DNA of 64,000 nucleotides from an uncultured Clostridia bacterium (lineage in GTDB: Bacteria; Bacillota; Clostridia; TANB77; CAG-508). The notes under the pieces are model-generated. The model had not been told where the DNA came from and ran no database searches. It was given only the letters and a program-made list of their open reading frames with translations. Location of the stretch: positions 44,294 to 108,293 of the forward strand of contig CAKOSX010000002.1 of the NCBI GenBank assembly GCA_934119935.1, given 5' to 3'. Positions 10,696 through 19,126 of the stretch are shown in pieces. A program made the position numbers and the translations under genes. How positions within the stretch are numbered: the stretch's first letter is position 1; every line of letters begins with the position of its first letter.

Positions 10696-10711
10696 AGTTA
10701 GAAAACTAACT
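10696..10711. promoter_or_regulatory. Perfect palindrome AGTTAG-AAAA-CTAACT, candidate TetR operator
   Basis: 6-4-6 inverted repeat between the tetR-family gene and the downstream acyl-CoA synthetase start. Confidence 0.35.
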
Positions 10712-10725
10712 TCAGAGCTAATAAG

Positions 10726-12597
10726 ATGAGAATAATAAGAGATTTTAAAATACCAAACTTTAAATTTAATAAAATAGAAATGAATGATATTCCAAATGTT
10801 GAGGATGTAAAAGTAGATTATACAAAAGTGAAAGAGGCTGAAGAAAAAAAGAACAAAAAGCATCAACCATACCCTGCAACCGAATATAAAACAGTAAAGG
10901 AAATATTTATTCATTCTATGCAAAATTATGCTGATGAAACTTTGGTCCTTCAAAAGCCAAACCACAAAGAGCCATATAAGGAAATAACTTATAAAAAATT
11001 TGGAGAGGATGTAGTAGCGTTAGGTTCAAAACTAATAAAGATGCTTCCAAAAAATGCAAGAGTTGTTGTTGTAAGTGAGACGACATACGATTGGTACGTC
11101 TCTTATATGACAATGCTTTGTGGAGCTGGAATTTTAGTACCAGTCGATAAAGAACTTCCAGAAAATGAATTGGAAAATGTAATAAATAGATCAAAAGCTA
11201 CAGCTGTTATTTATTCTGCAAAGAAAAAAGATGCAATAAAGAAGATAGAAAATTTAATACCAACAGTAAAATATTTCATAGAGATGGACTCTGATGATCA
11301 TATTGTTGATAAGCATATGGGATTCAATTATTTGATAAATGAAGGAAAAGAAATAATTGAAAACGGTGATAATTCATATATGGATATAGAAATAGATCCT
11401 GAGGAATTCAAAATGTTAATATTTACATCAGGCACCACTTCTAAATCAAAAGGAGTTATGATTTGCAATAGAAACCTTGCTGCAAATATAAATGCAGTTT
11501 CTGCATTTGTAAAACTATCTCCATCAGATAGATTATTCTCAGTATTACCATTGCACCATACATATGAATCAACAATAGGCTTTTTGTTGCCATTTGCCTG
11601 TGGATGTTCGGTAGCAATATGCGAAGGATTAAGATATATTGTTCCAAATTTACAAGAATCAAAACCTACGGCCTTATTGGCAGTTCCACTACTAATAGAA
11701 AGCTTGTATAAGAAAATAAATGAAACAATTCATAAGAGCAAAAAAGATGGAATTGTCAACTCAATGATTCACGTTACAAATCTATTGAAGAATGTAAATA
11801 TCGATATAAAAAGAAAAGTATTCAAAGAAATATTAGATAATCTTGGCGGAAATATTAGAATTATAGTTTCTGCTGCAGCTCCAATTGATGCAAAAGTTGC
11901 AAAATGGGTAGAAGATATTGGAATTAAATTTTTACAAGGATATGGACTTACAGAAACTGCTCCAATAGCAGCTTTAACGCCAGAATATGAAGCTTCTAGA
12001 TATGCTTCTACTGGTATTGCAGTTAAAGATACAGATATAAAGCTTAGAAATGTTAATGATGCTGGTGAAGGTGAAATCTTGATAAAAGGACCCACTGTAA
12101 TGTTAGGGTATTATGAAGATGAAGAAGCAACAGCAGAAGTTATGGAAGATGGATATTTCTGCTCTGGAGATATTGGAAAAATTGATTCAGATGGCTACAT
12201 TTATATTACAGGAAGAAGCAAAAATGTAATTGTAACTCAAAATGGTAAGAATATATATCCAGAAGAAATAGAATTGATGTTAGGGGAAATACCAGAAATT
12301 TCAGAATGTATGGTATATGGAAAGAAAGAGTCTGAAACGGATGCTCATGATAAAGAATTAATAATAACAGCAAAAATAATACCAAATTATCAAAAAATTG
12401 AAGAACTATATGGCAAAGATTTATCAGATGATGAAATATACAAAATAATATGGAATAAGGTAAAAGAAAATAATAAAAAACTTACATCATATAAAGCCGT
12501 AAGAAAAATTGAAATAAAGAAAGATGAATTTGAAAAAACTACGACTATGAAGATAAAAAGGTTTGCAGAAATAAACAAGGATAATGCAAAGAAATAG
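10726..12597 (+). CDS. Long-chain fatty acid--CoA ligase (AMP-binding enzyme)
   Basis: AMP-binding motif IFTSGTTSKSKGVM, GYGLTE, C-terminal lid with K; start uncertain (alternative Met at 10780). Confidence 0.8.
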   Translation: MRIIRDFKIPNFKFNKIEMNDIPNVEDVKVDYTKVKEAEEKKNKKHQPYPATEYKTVKEIFIHSMQNYADETLVLQKPNHKEPYKEITYKKFGEDVVALGSKLIKMLPKNARVVVVSETTYDWYVSYMTMLCGAGILVPVDKELPENELENVINRSKATAVIYSAKKKDAIKKIENLIPTVKYFIEMDSDDHIVDKHMGFNYLINEGKEIIENGDNSYMDIEIDPEEFKMLIFTSGTTSKSKGVMICNRNLAANINAVSAFVKLSPSDRLFSVLPLHHTYESTIGFLLPFACGCSVAICEGLRYIVPNLQESKPTALLAVPLLIESLYKKINETIHKSKKDGIVNSMIHVTNLLKNVNIDIKRKVFKEILDNLGGNIRIIVSAAAPIDAKVAKWVEDIGIKFLQGYGLTETAPIAALTPEYEASRYASTGIAVKDTDIKLRNVNDAGEGEILIKGPTVMLGYYEDEEATAEVMEDGYFCSGDIGKIDSDGYIYITGRSKNVIVTQNGKNIYPEEIELMLGEIPEISECMVYGKKESETDAHDKELIITAKIIPNYQKIEELYGKDLSDDEIYKIIWNKVKENNKKLTSYKAVRKIEIKKDEFEKTTTMKIKRFAEINKDNAKK

Positions 12598-12636
12598 TAT
12601 AATACATGTACATAATATAAAAAAATATAAGCAGAA

Positions 12637-12678
12637 AATATTACAGTAATTGGTTATAAAACTACTGTAATATTTTTG
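12637..12678 (+). terminator. Rho-independent terminator
   Basis: 12-bp stem AATATTACAGTA / TACTGTAATATT followed by a T-run. Confidence 0.5.
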
Positions 12679-12797
12679 TAACAAAAGTGTTAGCAAAGTG
12701 TAATAAAAAAACGGGCTATTTCTATTGTTTTTTTTTGTTGAATAATATATAATTATTGTAAATTATAGCGATACATATGAAGAGGAGGAATTTTACA

Positions 12798-13670
12798 ATG
12801 TCTAGATCTGGCATAGTAAATGTAAGAATGGTAATAACAGAGGAAAAGATACTATCAAACATATCAAAAGTGCAAAGAATGATAGACCCTAATAGTAAAA
12901 AACAAATCATACAATTAGAAGATGATGCGTTTTTTAAAGACTTGGTAGAATCTATAAAAACATATTTAATTGAATATCCAAAAAAGAAAAATTTTCCTAA
13001 GAGTGTGTATGATGCAGCTTATGGATTGGTTGAATTTGCAACTAATGAATTTGAAGAAAATACTAAGCAAATTGAAGAACTAATTAGGCAGAGAGAGAAG
13101 AATATTGCACTTTCTGGTGAACTTAAAGACATTCTATCTGTTGTAGTTAATAAAGAAGAAGGCTGGAAGGAAGCGGTAAAAGAATTATCTTCAGATTTTT
13201 CAGAAGATATTTTAGATACTTTAGGAGTAATAGGAAGAGCAAAATCAGATAAATCGCAAAATTATCAAGATGCATTAAAGCTAATAAATGCAAGAATTGC
13301 AAATCTTGAATCAAATTTACATATAGAGATTGATATGGAGAGAATTGAAGATAGATCAAAAGCTTTAAGTTACATTGGAATAGAAGTTGCAGATGCATTA
13401 AAATTAATACCTGCTCCACAAGTAAATGCAAAAGAAGCTGTTAAGGAAAAAACAGAACAAGTTGAAAATGTTGAACAAATTGTTAATGAACAACCTGTAC
13501 AACAAGAACAAGATACACAATACTATGAAACAACAAGGGTTGAAGTAAAACCATCATTATGGCAAAGATTTAAACAAAGCAAATTTGTTAGAACTATTAA
13601 ATACATTATGAAGATAAGAATTGTTCTTGACGTACCAGCATTACCAAGTGCTGATGAAGAAAGAAAATAA
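12798..13670 (+). CDS. Hypothetical protein (charged, Gln/Glu-rich C-terminal region)
   Basis: GGAGG RBS 9 nt upstream of the ATG at 12798; no recognisable domain; predicted helical / coiled-coil. Confidence 0.5.
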   Translation: MSRSGIVNVRMVITEEKILSNISKVQRMIDPNSKKQIIQLEDDAFFKDLVESIKTYLIEYPKKKNFPKSVYDAAYGLVEFATNEFEENTKQIEELIRQREKNIALSGELKDILSVVVNKEEGWKEAVKELSSDFSEDILDTLGVIGRAKSDKSQNYQDALKLINARIANLESNLHIEIDMERIEDRSKALSYIGIEVADALKLIPAPQVNAKEAVKEKTEQVENVEQIVNEQPVQQEQDTQYYETTRVEVKPSLWQRFKQSKFVRTIKYIMKIRIVLDVPALPSADEERK

Positions 13671-13805
13671 TAAAAAACACACTCAAAATGATTGAATAAA
13701 ATTCTACATTTTGGGTGCTTTTTTATTTGTTAAGTTGTGTTGGAAAAATCGTCCAGTCAACGTATTTATTATCATCCTTTTCGAATTTGATCAAAAAGCA
13801 AATAA

Positions 13806-13839
13806 AAAACAGTATCTATATTTCAAGATACTGTTTTTT
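13806..13839. terminator. Bidirectional terminator hairpin (A-run / stem / T-run)
   Basis: ACAGTATCT / AGATACTGT stem flanked by an A-run and a T-run; serves the + strand gene and the minus-strand tRNA transcript. Confidence 0.5.
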
Positions 13840-13925
13840 TGGTGGGCAGAGATGGATTCGAACCATCGTACCCTTACGAGAACAGATTTACAGTCTGCCG
13901 CCTTTAGCCACTCGGCCATCTGCCC
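13840..13925 (-). tRNA. tRNA-Tyr (GTA)
   Basis: Reverse complement reads GGGCAGATGGCCGAGTGGCTAAAGGCGGCAGACTGTAAATCTGTT...GGTTCGAATCCATCTCTGCCCACCA; anticodon loop CTGTAAA, long variable arm, encoded CCA. Confidence 0.85.
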
Positions 13926-13949
13926 ATTTAGCCATTTAAATATAATAAA

Positions 13950-14027
13950 TGGTGCACCCTCAAGGATTCGAACCTTGGACCGACCGGTTATGAGCCGGTT
14001 GCTCTGACCAACTGAGCTAAGGGTGCA
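13950..14027 (-). tRNA. tRNA with CAT anticodon (Met, or Ile2/lysidine type)
   Basis: Reverse complement TGCACCCTTAGCTCAGTTGGTCAGAGCAACCGGCTCATAACCGGTCGGTCCAAGGTTCGAATCCTTGAGGGTGCACCA; anticodon loop CTCATAA; overall resembles Bacillus tRNA-Ile2 (CAU). Confidence 0.8.
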
Positions 14028-14045
14028 TTTCTTAACGCAGTTAAA

Positions 14046-14074
14046 AGTATACAATATTTTTAGAAATATGTCAA
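14046..14074 (-). promoter_or_regulatory. Promoter for the tRNA pair (minus strand TTGACA-17-TATACT)
   Basis: Read on the minus strand: TTGACA tatttctaaaaatattg TATACT, about 11 nt upstream of the tRNA 5' end. Confidence 0.45.
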
Positions 14075-14231
14075 TACATTTTTAAAAAAATCTAAAAAAA
14101 CTCAAAAATAATAGCGTAGTCTGCATGATAAAGGAAAAAACTATTTACTTTTCGACAAAAAAGTGGTAAAATTAATAATACGAGAGATGGAACGACCATC
14201 TCGATAAACATTATAAGGGAGGCTGCATGAT

Positions 14232-14834
14232 ATGCGACCGTATATTGTTGAAATCTTGGGCACCCCCGAAGCGGGGAAAAGCACCAGCGTAAAAAACGTC
14301 AGACGAACGCTCTATGAGAAGGGCTACAAAGTCGGCTGGGTTCGTGAAGCTGGCGAAATCGTGCCTGATGCACTGAAAACGGGCAATGCATCAGGAAACG
14401 TCTGGATGACCATGAATGCACTTCAGGGCATCTGGGAAGAAGCCCATAGTGACCGAGACATTGTCTTGGTCGAGCGTGGGACGGTGGATGCTTCTTTCTG
14501 GAATCACTTGTACTCCAGTATGGGTGAGTTTTCGGAGGAAGAATGTTCAGCTTTTGAACACCTCTTCAAGGTACTCAAAGCTGAACCAGATTGCATTCTC
14601 TTTCTGACAGTTTCCGCAGAGGAAAGTATCAGACGGAGAGGTGGCGAGGGTCATCTTGTGACTAAAGCGTTCATTGAACGTTTTAACAACGAGATCAACA
14701 AATTCTTGCCTACGGTTCCCATAAAGCAGGAAATGCTTAATACTTGCGGTATGAGCACGTCGCAGGTACACGATTGGATGCTCGAGACGATTGAAAGTGG
14801 TTATTCTGCTTTCAAGACCCAGATGAAGGGTTAA
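14232..14834 (+). CDS. Deoxynucleoside kinase-like P-loop kinase (dNK/dGK family), horizontally acquired
   Basis: Walker A GTPEAGKST; ER(S)-like motif LVERGTVDASFW; Arg-rich lid SIRRRGGEG as in dCK/dGK; 200 aa, same size as Bacillus Dck/Dgk. GC about 50% versus about 30% for neighbours, with foreign codon usage (CTG, GGC, CGC); GGGAGG RBS. Confidence 0.6.
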   Translation: MRPYIVEILGTPEAGKSTSVKNVRRTLYEKGYKVGWVREAGEIVPDALKTGNASGNVWMTMNALQGIWEEAHSDRDIVLVERGTVDASFWNHLYSSMGEFSEEECSAFEHLFKVLKAEPDCILFLTVSAEESIRRRGGEGHLVTKAFIERFNNEINKFLPTVPIKQEMLNTCGMSTSQVHDWMLETIESGYSAFKTQMKG

Positions 14835-14842
14835 ATTCAACA

Positions 14843-14877
14843 ACGGGTGGCGGGGGATATGTTACGTATCCCCCGTT
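14843..14877 (+). terminator. GC-rich hairpin downstream of the kinase gene (putative terminator)
   Basis: CGGGGGATA-tgttacg-TATCCCCCG, 9-bp GC stem; no clear T-run. Confidence 0.4.
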
Positions 14878-14908
14878 ACCTGTATAAATTTAAAATTTGG
14901 AGGAAAAT

Positions 14909-15304
14909 ATGAAGATTTCAACCAAGGGAAGATATGCATTAGCAATAATGCTTGATTTAGCTATGTATAATTCAGATGAATATATATCATTGAAAGACAT
15001 CGCAACAAGACAAGAGGTTTCAATAAAATATTTAGAGAGGATAATAGCAATATTAAATAAAGCTGGATATGTTAAAAGCTCTAGGGGAAATGCTGGAGGC
15101 TATAGACTCACAAGAAAGCCGGAAGAATATAAGGTGGGAGATATTTTAAGAACGGCTGAAGGTGATTTGGCACCAACAACATGTGTTCAAGAAGGATGCC
15201 ATAAGCAAGATATCTGCTTAACATATTCTTTCTGGCAGGGGTTAGATAATGCGATTGAAAACTATGTTGATAGTAAAACTTTAGCGGATTTGATAAAAAA
15301 ATAG
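14909..15304 (+). CDS. Rrf2 family transcriptional regulator (IscR/CymR-like, Cys-containing)
   Basis: MKISTKGRYALAIMLDLA... wHTH; three Cys (CVQEGC...C) positioned like IscR Fe-S ligands; GGAGG RBS. Host-like GC. Confidence 0.8.
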   Translation: MKISTKGRYALAIMLDLAMYNSDEYISLKDIATRQEVSIKYLERIIAILNKAGYVKSSRGNAGGYRLTRKPEEYKVGDILRTAEGDLAPTTCVQEGCHKQDICLTYSFWQGLDNAIENYVDSKTLADLIKK

Positions 15305-15307
15305 ATA

Positions 15308-15346
15308 AAAGACGAACTCTTATTTTTTAATTAAGAATTCGTCTTT
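15308..15346. terminator. Bidirectional terminator between convergent genes
   Basis: AAAGACGAA ... TTCGTCTTT 9-bp stem with an AT-rich loop. Confidence 0.4.
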
Positions 15347-15431
15347 TATCTTGGAAAAATGTACATTTTTTTCTCCGACCCCAGTTTGTATCTTTTATCT
15401 TGGAAAAATGTACATTTTTTTCTCCGTCCCC
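15343..15431. repeat. 49-bp tandem direct repeat x2 containing the palindrome AAAATGTACATTTT
   Basis: CTTTTATCTTGGAAAAATGTACATTTTTTTCTCCG(A/T)CCCC occurs twice, 49 nt apart, with one mismatch; further AATGTAC(A/C) motifs at 15435-15457. Confidence 0.6.
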
Positions 15432-15457
15432 GAAATGTACCAAAATGTACAAGTGTG

Positions 15458-16171
15458 CTACCATTTGGCGTTTGTTATTTCTTCGTTTAGTACATCTGAC
15501 TGTTCTTGAGTTATGTACTTGTATTCTAACATTGATGAAACGACTTTACGTTGTCTGCTCTGGGTCAAATTGAAATTTACTGTAGGAGCATATACGCTTG
15601 GTGCATTTGGAATTCCGGCAAGCATTGTGGCATCGTAAAGAGTCATGTCTTTTGTTTCTTTTTTTAGATAGCCTTCGCAGGCTTCTTTTATTCCATAATA
15701 GCCGTTTCCAAAGTATATTGTGTTTACATATAATTCTAAAATGTCGTCTTTCGAGTAATCTTTTTCGAGTTTGAAACTTAGAATTACTTCTGCTACTTTA
15801 CGACTTACAACATCATCTTCAGATATGAAGTATAAGTTTTTTGCTGTTTGCTGAGTAATTGTGCTACCACCTTCTTTAAATTCTTTCTGCTTTATGTTAC
15901 TGACTATTGCACGAGCTAGAGCAATTGGATCGAGTGCTCCATGATTGTAATATCTGTGGTCTTCAACTGCAATTACTGCATTTTTGTAATAGTCTGGTAA
16001 ATCTTTTAAAGATACGAAGCTTTCATCTGATTTTATAGATGAAATTTTATCTTCAAGACTTATTGATGATAGTCTTGAGTCATACAACTTTTTTCCATTC
16101 ATATAGAATACACTGCACACAATGATAATGATGATTAATAAAAATAATAAAAGTCTTCTTATAAATTTCAT
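15458..16171 (-). CDS. Monofunctional peptidoglycan glycosyltransferase (GT51, MtgA-like)
   Basis: N-terminal TM anchor; GT51 motifs AVIAVEDHRYYNHGALD and GGSTITQQ. Confidence 0.75.
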   Translation of the reverse strand: MKFIRRLLLFLLIIIIIVCSVFYMNGKKLYDSRLSSISLEDKISSIKSDESFVSLKDLPDYYKNAVIAVEDHRYYNHGALDPIALARAIVSNIKQKEFKEGGSTITQQTAKNLYFISEDDVVSRKVAEVILSFKLEKDYSKDDILELYVNTIYFGNGYYGIKEACEGYLKKETKDMTLYDATMLAGIPNAPSVYAPTVNFNLTQSRQRKVVSSMLEYKYITQEQSDVLNEEITNAKW

Positions 16172-16437
16172 ATAAAATTCATTCCTTTCAAAAAATGTTA
16201 AAGGTTTTACTAGTTAAAAAAACAAGCGTTTTTAACTAAATACTTTAAGCAAAGAGTTCTTTAATGTTAATTTTTACTAACAATATTATAACATATAGAA
16301 GATGAATTTAAAGTGACTTTATAAAAAATAAAAATTTTGTCAAAAAGGTTTGACAAATTTGGTTTGTTAATACATAATATAGAATGATGATATTAAACGA
16401 TGAGATGAATTTGATAAGTTACGAAGGAGGAATTTTA

Positions 16438-19008
16438 ATGTACGTATTTAATAAAATAACAGTAACTCCACAACTGCCAGAAAGAATTAATAAGTTGTCT
16501 GAAATTGCAGGAAACCTATGGTGGGCTTGGAATACAGATTTCTTAAAATTATTTAAGATAATTGATGGTGATTTATGGGAGACTGTTGGAAAGAATCCTG
16601 TTAAGTTTTTAAAACTTGTTTCACAGGAGAGATTGGAAAATGTAGCCGAAAATCCAGAATTTTTGAAAGAATATGATAAAATTGCAAATGATTTTTATGA
16701 CTACATGAACAGCAAGACAACATGGTTTAAGAAAAATTATCCAGATAATAAGAATGATTTGATTGCATATTTTTCAGCAGAATATGGATTAGACCAAATT
16801 TTATCAATATATTCTGGTGGACTTGGAATTTTATCAGGAGACCACTTGAAGTCAGCAAGTGATTTAGGTATATCACTTGTGGCTGTTGGATTATTATATA
16901 AAAAAGGATTCTTCCATCAAATTATAAATGGTTATGGACAACAATATGAAGAAGATAGAGAAAATGATATAGATACTCTACCAATATATCCTGTAAAAGA
17001 TGTAGAAGGTAAAGATTTATTAGTGTATGTAAATATGCCTAAAAAAAGAGTTTATCTAAAGGTTTGGCAAGTTAATGTTGGAAGAGTTAAACTATATTTA
17101 ATGGATTCCGATATAGATGCAAACATTCCTGAATACAGAGGTATAACAGCTCATTTATATGGTGGAAACCAAGAAATGAGAATCCAACAAGAAATTGTTC
17201 TTGGAATGGCTGGAACAAGTCTTCTAAAAACTTTGGGATTAAATCCTACTGTATACCATATGAATGAAGGACATTCTGCGTTCTTAATATTAGAATTAAT
17301 GAAGAATATTATTAAAGAGAAACAAGTAAGTTTCGATATGGCAGAGGAGATTGTTGCTGCAAAAACAGTATTTACAACGCATACTCCGGTTCCAGCAGGA
17401 AATGATATATTCCCATTATCTTTAGTTGAAACATATTTTAAAGATTATTGGAATAGATTTTCTATTACCAAAGAAGAATTTTTCAGATTAGGAATGAAGC
17501 CAAATGCAGATTTATCTAATACTGGATTTAACATGGGAATTCTTGCACTAAAATTCTCTGGAAAGAAGAATGGAGTAAGTAAATTACATGGTGCAGTTTC
17601 TAGAGAATTATTTGGAGAGGTATGGCCAAACATAGCTCCAAATGAGGCTCCAATAGATTATGTAACAAATGGAATTCACACTTGTACATGGCTTGCACCA
17701 AATTTAAAGAGATTATTTAATGAATATTTAAAACCATATTGGCAAGATGATATTAAGAATGACACAACCTGGCAGAAGATTGCAGACATTCCAGACCAAG
17801 AATTATGGAATGCTCATATGGAAAGAAAAGTTAAGCTTTTAAAATTAGTAAAGGAAAATATAACAAATAGATTAAAAAGAGAAGGATATCGTTATAGTGA
17901 TATAAATGATATTACATCAAAATTAGATCCAAATGCTTTAACAATAGGATTTTCTAGAAGATTTGCTACATATAAGAGAGCTACTTTAATATTTAAAGAT
18001 TTAGAGAGAATAACACAAATACTAAATGAGGCTGGAAAACCAGTTCAAATAATATTTGCAGGAAAGGCGCATCCATCAGATAACGGAGGAAAAGATTTAA
18101 TAAGATATATTCACGAATTATCTATGAAGCCTCAATTTAAAGGTAAGATTTTCTTACTAGAAAACTACAACATAGGTATATCTAAATATTTAGTAAGTGG
18201 TGTTGATGTATGGCTAAATAATCCAAGAAGACCAATGGAAGCATCTGGTACATCAGGACAAAAGGCAGCTGTAAATGGCGTTATAAACTTTAGCGTGCTT
18301 GATGGCTGGTGGGCAGAAGGATACAACCAGAAAAATGGTTGGACAATAGGAACCAATGCCGAATATTCTTCTTATGAAGAACAAGATAATGCTGATAGCG
18401 AGAGTATTTATCAAACATTAGAAAATAAAATAATTCCAACATTCTTCGATAAAGATGAAAACGGAATATCTAAGAGATGGATGGAAATAATGAAGCAATC
18501 TATAATGTCTAATGCCGGAAGATACAGCACTGCTAGAATGCTTATAGATTATACAAATAAATTCTATATGCCACTTTGCAATTTGTACAACAAATACTAC
18601 ACAGATTTATCATCAGTTGCAGAATTTAATAGTTGGAAAAACAATTTATATTCGAACTGGAATGATATAACGATAAAACAAGAAAAGGGTAACTTAGATA
18701 ATATCACAGTAGATGCTGGAAACAATATTACAGTTAGATGTAAAGTATATCTACCAAACATTGATAAAAACTCTATAGAAGCACAAGTTTACTACGGGCA
18801 AATAATGGAAAATGGTATAGTAGATAAAATTCAAATAATACCAATGAATTTAATAGGCAGTGACGATGAAAAGAGAGAATATGAGTATGAAGCAACAGTT
18901 GAACTTACAACTGGCGGAAACTATGGTTATACATTTAGAGTAATGCCTAAAAATGAAATGTTATTAGACCCAGCAAACTTGGATTTAGTAAAATGGATAA
19001 CAAAATAA
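16438..19008 (+). CDS. glgP: Alpha-glucan phosphorylase (GT35, GlgP family)
   Basis: 857 aa from the ATG at 16438 (GAAGGAGG RBS); GT35 core with the pyridoxal-phosphate region GKAHPSDNGGKDLI. Confidence 0.85.
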   Translation: MYVFNKITVTPQLPERINKLSEIAGNLWWAWNTDFLKLFKIIDGDLWETVGKNPVKFLKLVSQERLENVAENPEFLKEYDKIANDFYDYMNSKTTWFKKNYPDNKNDLIAYFSAEYGLDQILSIYSGGLGILSGDHLKSASDLGISLVAVGLLYKKGFFHQIINGYGQQYEEDRENDIDTLPIYPVKDVEGKDLLVYVNMPKKRVYLKVWQVNVGRVKLYLMDSDIDANIPEYRGITAHLYGGNQEMRIQQEIVLGMAGTSLLKTLGLNPTVYHMNEGHSAFLILELMKNIIKEKQVSFDMAEEIVAAKTVFTTHTPVPAGNDIFPLSLVETYFKDYWNRFSITKEEFFRLGMKPNADLSNTGFNMGILALKFSGKKNGVSKLHGAVSRELFGEVWPNIAPNEAPIDYVTNGIHTCTWLAPNLKRLFNEYLKPYWQDDIKNDTTWQKIADIPDQELWNAHMERKVKLLKLVKENITNRLKREGYRYSDINDITSKLDPNALTIGFSRRFATYKRATLIFKDLERITQILNEAGKPVQIIFAGKAHPSDNGGKDLIRYIHELSMKPQFKGKIFLLENYNIGISKYLVSGVDVWLNNPRRPMEASGTSGQKAAVNGVINFSVLDGWWAEGYNQKNGWTIGTNAEYSSYEEQDNADSESIYQTLENKIIPTFFDKDENGISKRWMEIMKQSIMSNAGRYSTARMLIDYTNKFYMPLCNLYNKYYTDLSSVAEFNSWKNNLYSNWNDITIKQEKGNLDNITVDAGNNITVRCKVYLPNIDKNSIEAQVYYGQIMENGIVDKIQIIPMNLIGSDDEKREYEYEATVELTTGGNYGYTFRVMPKNEMLLDPANLDLVKWITK

Positions 19009-19126
19009 TTAGACCAAAAGAAAAGCCTTGACGCACAAGGCTTTTTGTAATATAATGGTTACATAATTTTAAAGAGAAAATGCAAAGTTTTGGAAAAGCT
19101 TTGTTTTTTAGAAAGGGTTGTTAAAT

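Noticed and set aside
13711-14054. ORF-track entries 13711-14007 (+), 13715-13939 (+) and 13791-14054 (-)
   Set aside because: They overlap the two tRNA genes and the bidirectional terminator. The translations are low-complexity and no RBS is present.
16384-16437. 18-codon upstream extension of glgP
   Set aside because: A strong GAAGGAGG RBS precedes the internal ATG at 16438. The extension has no RBS.
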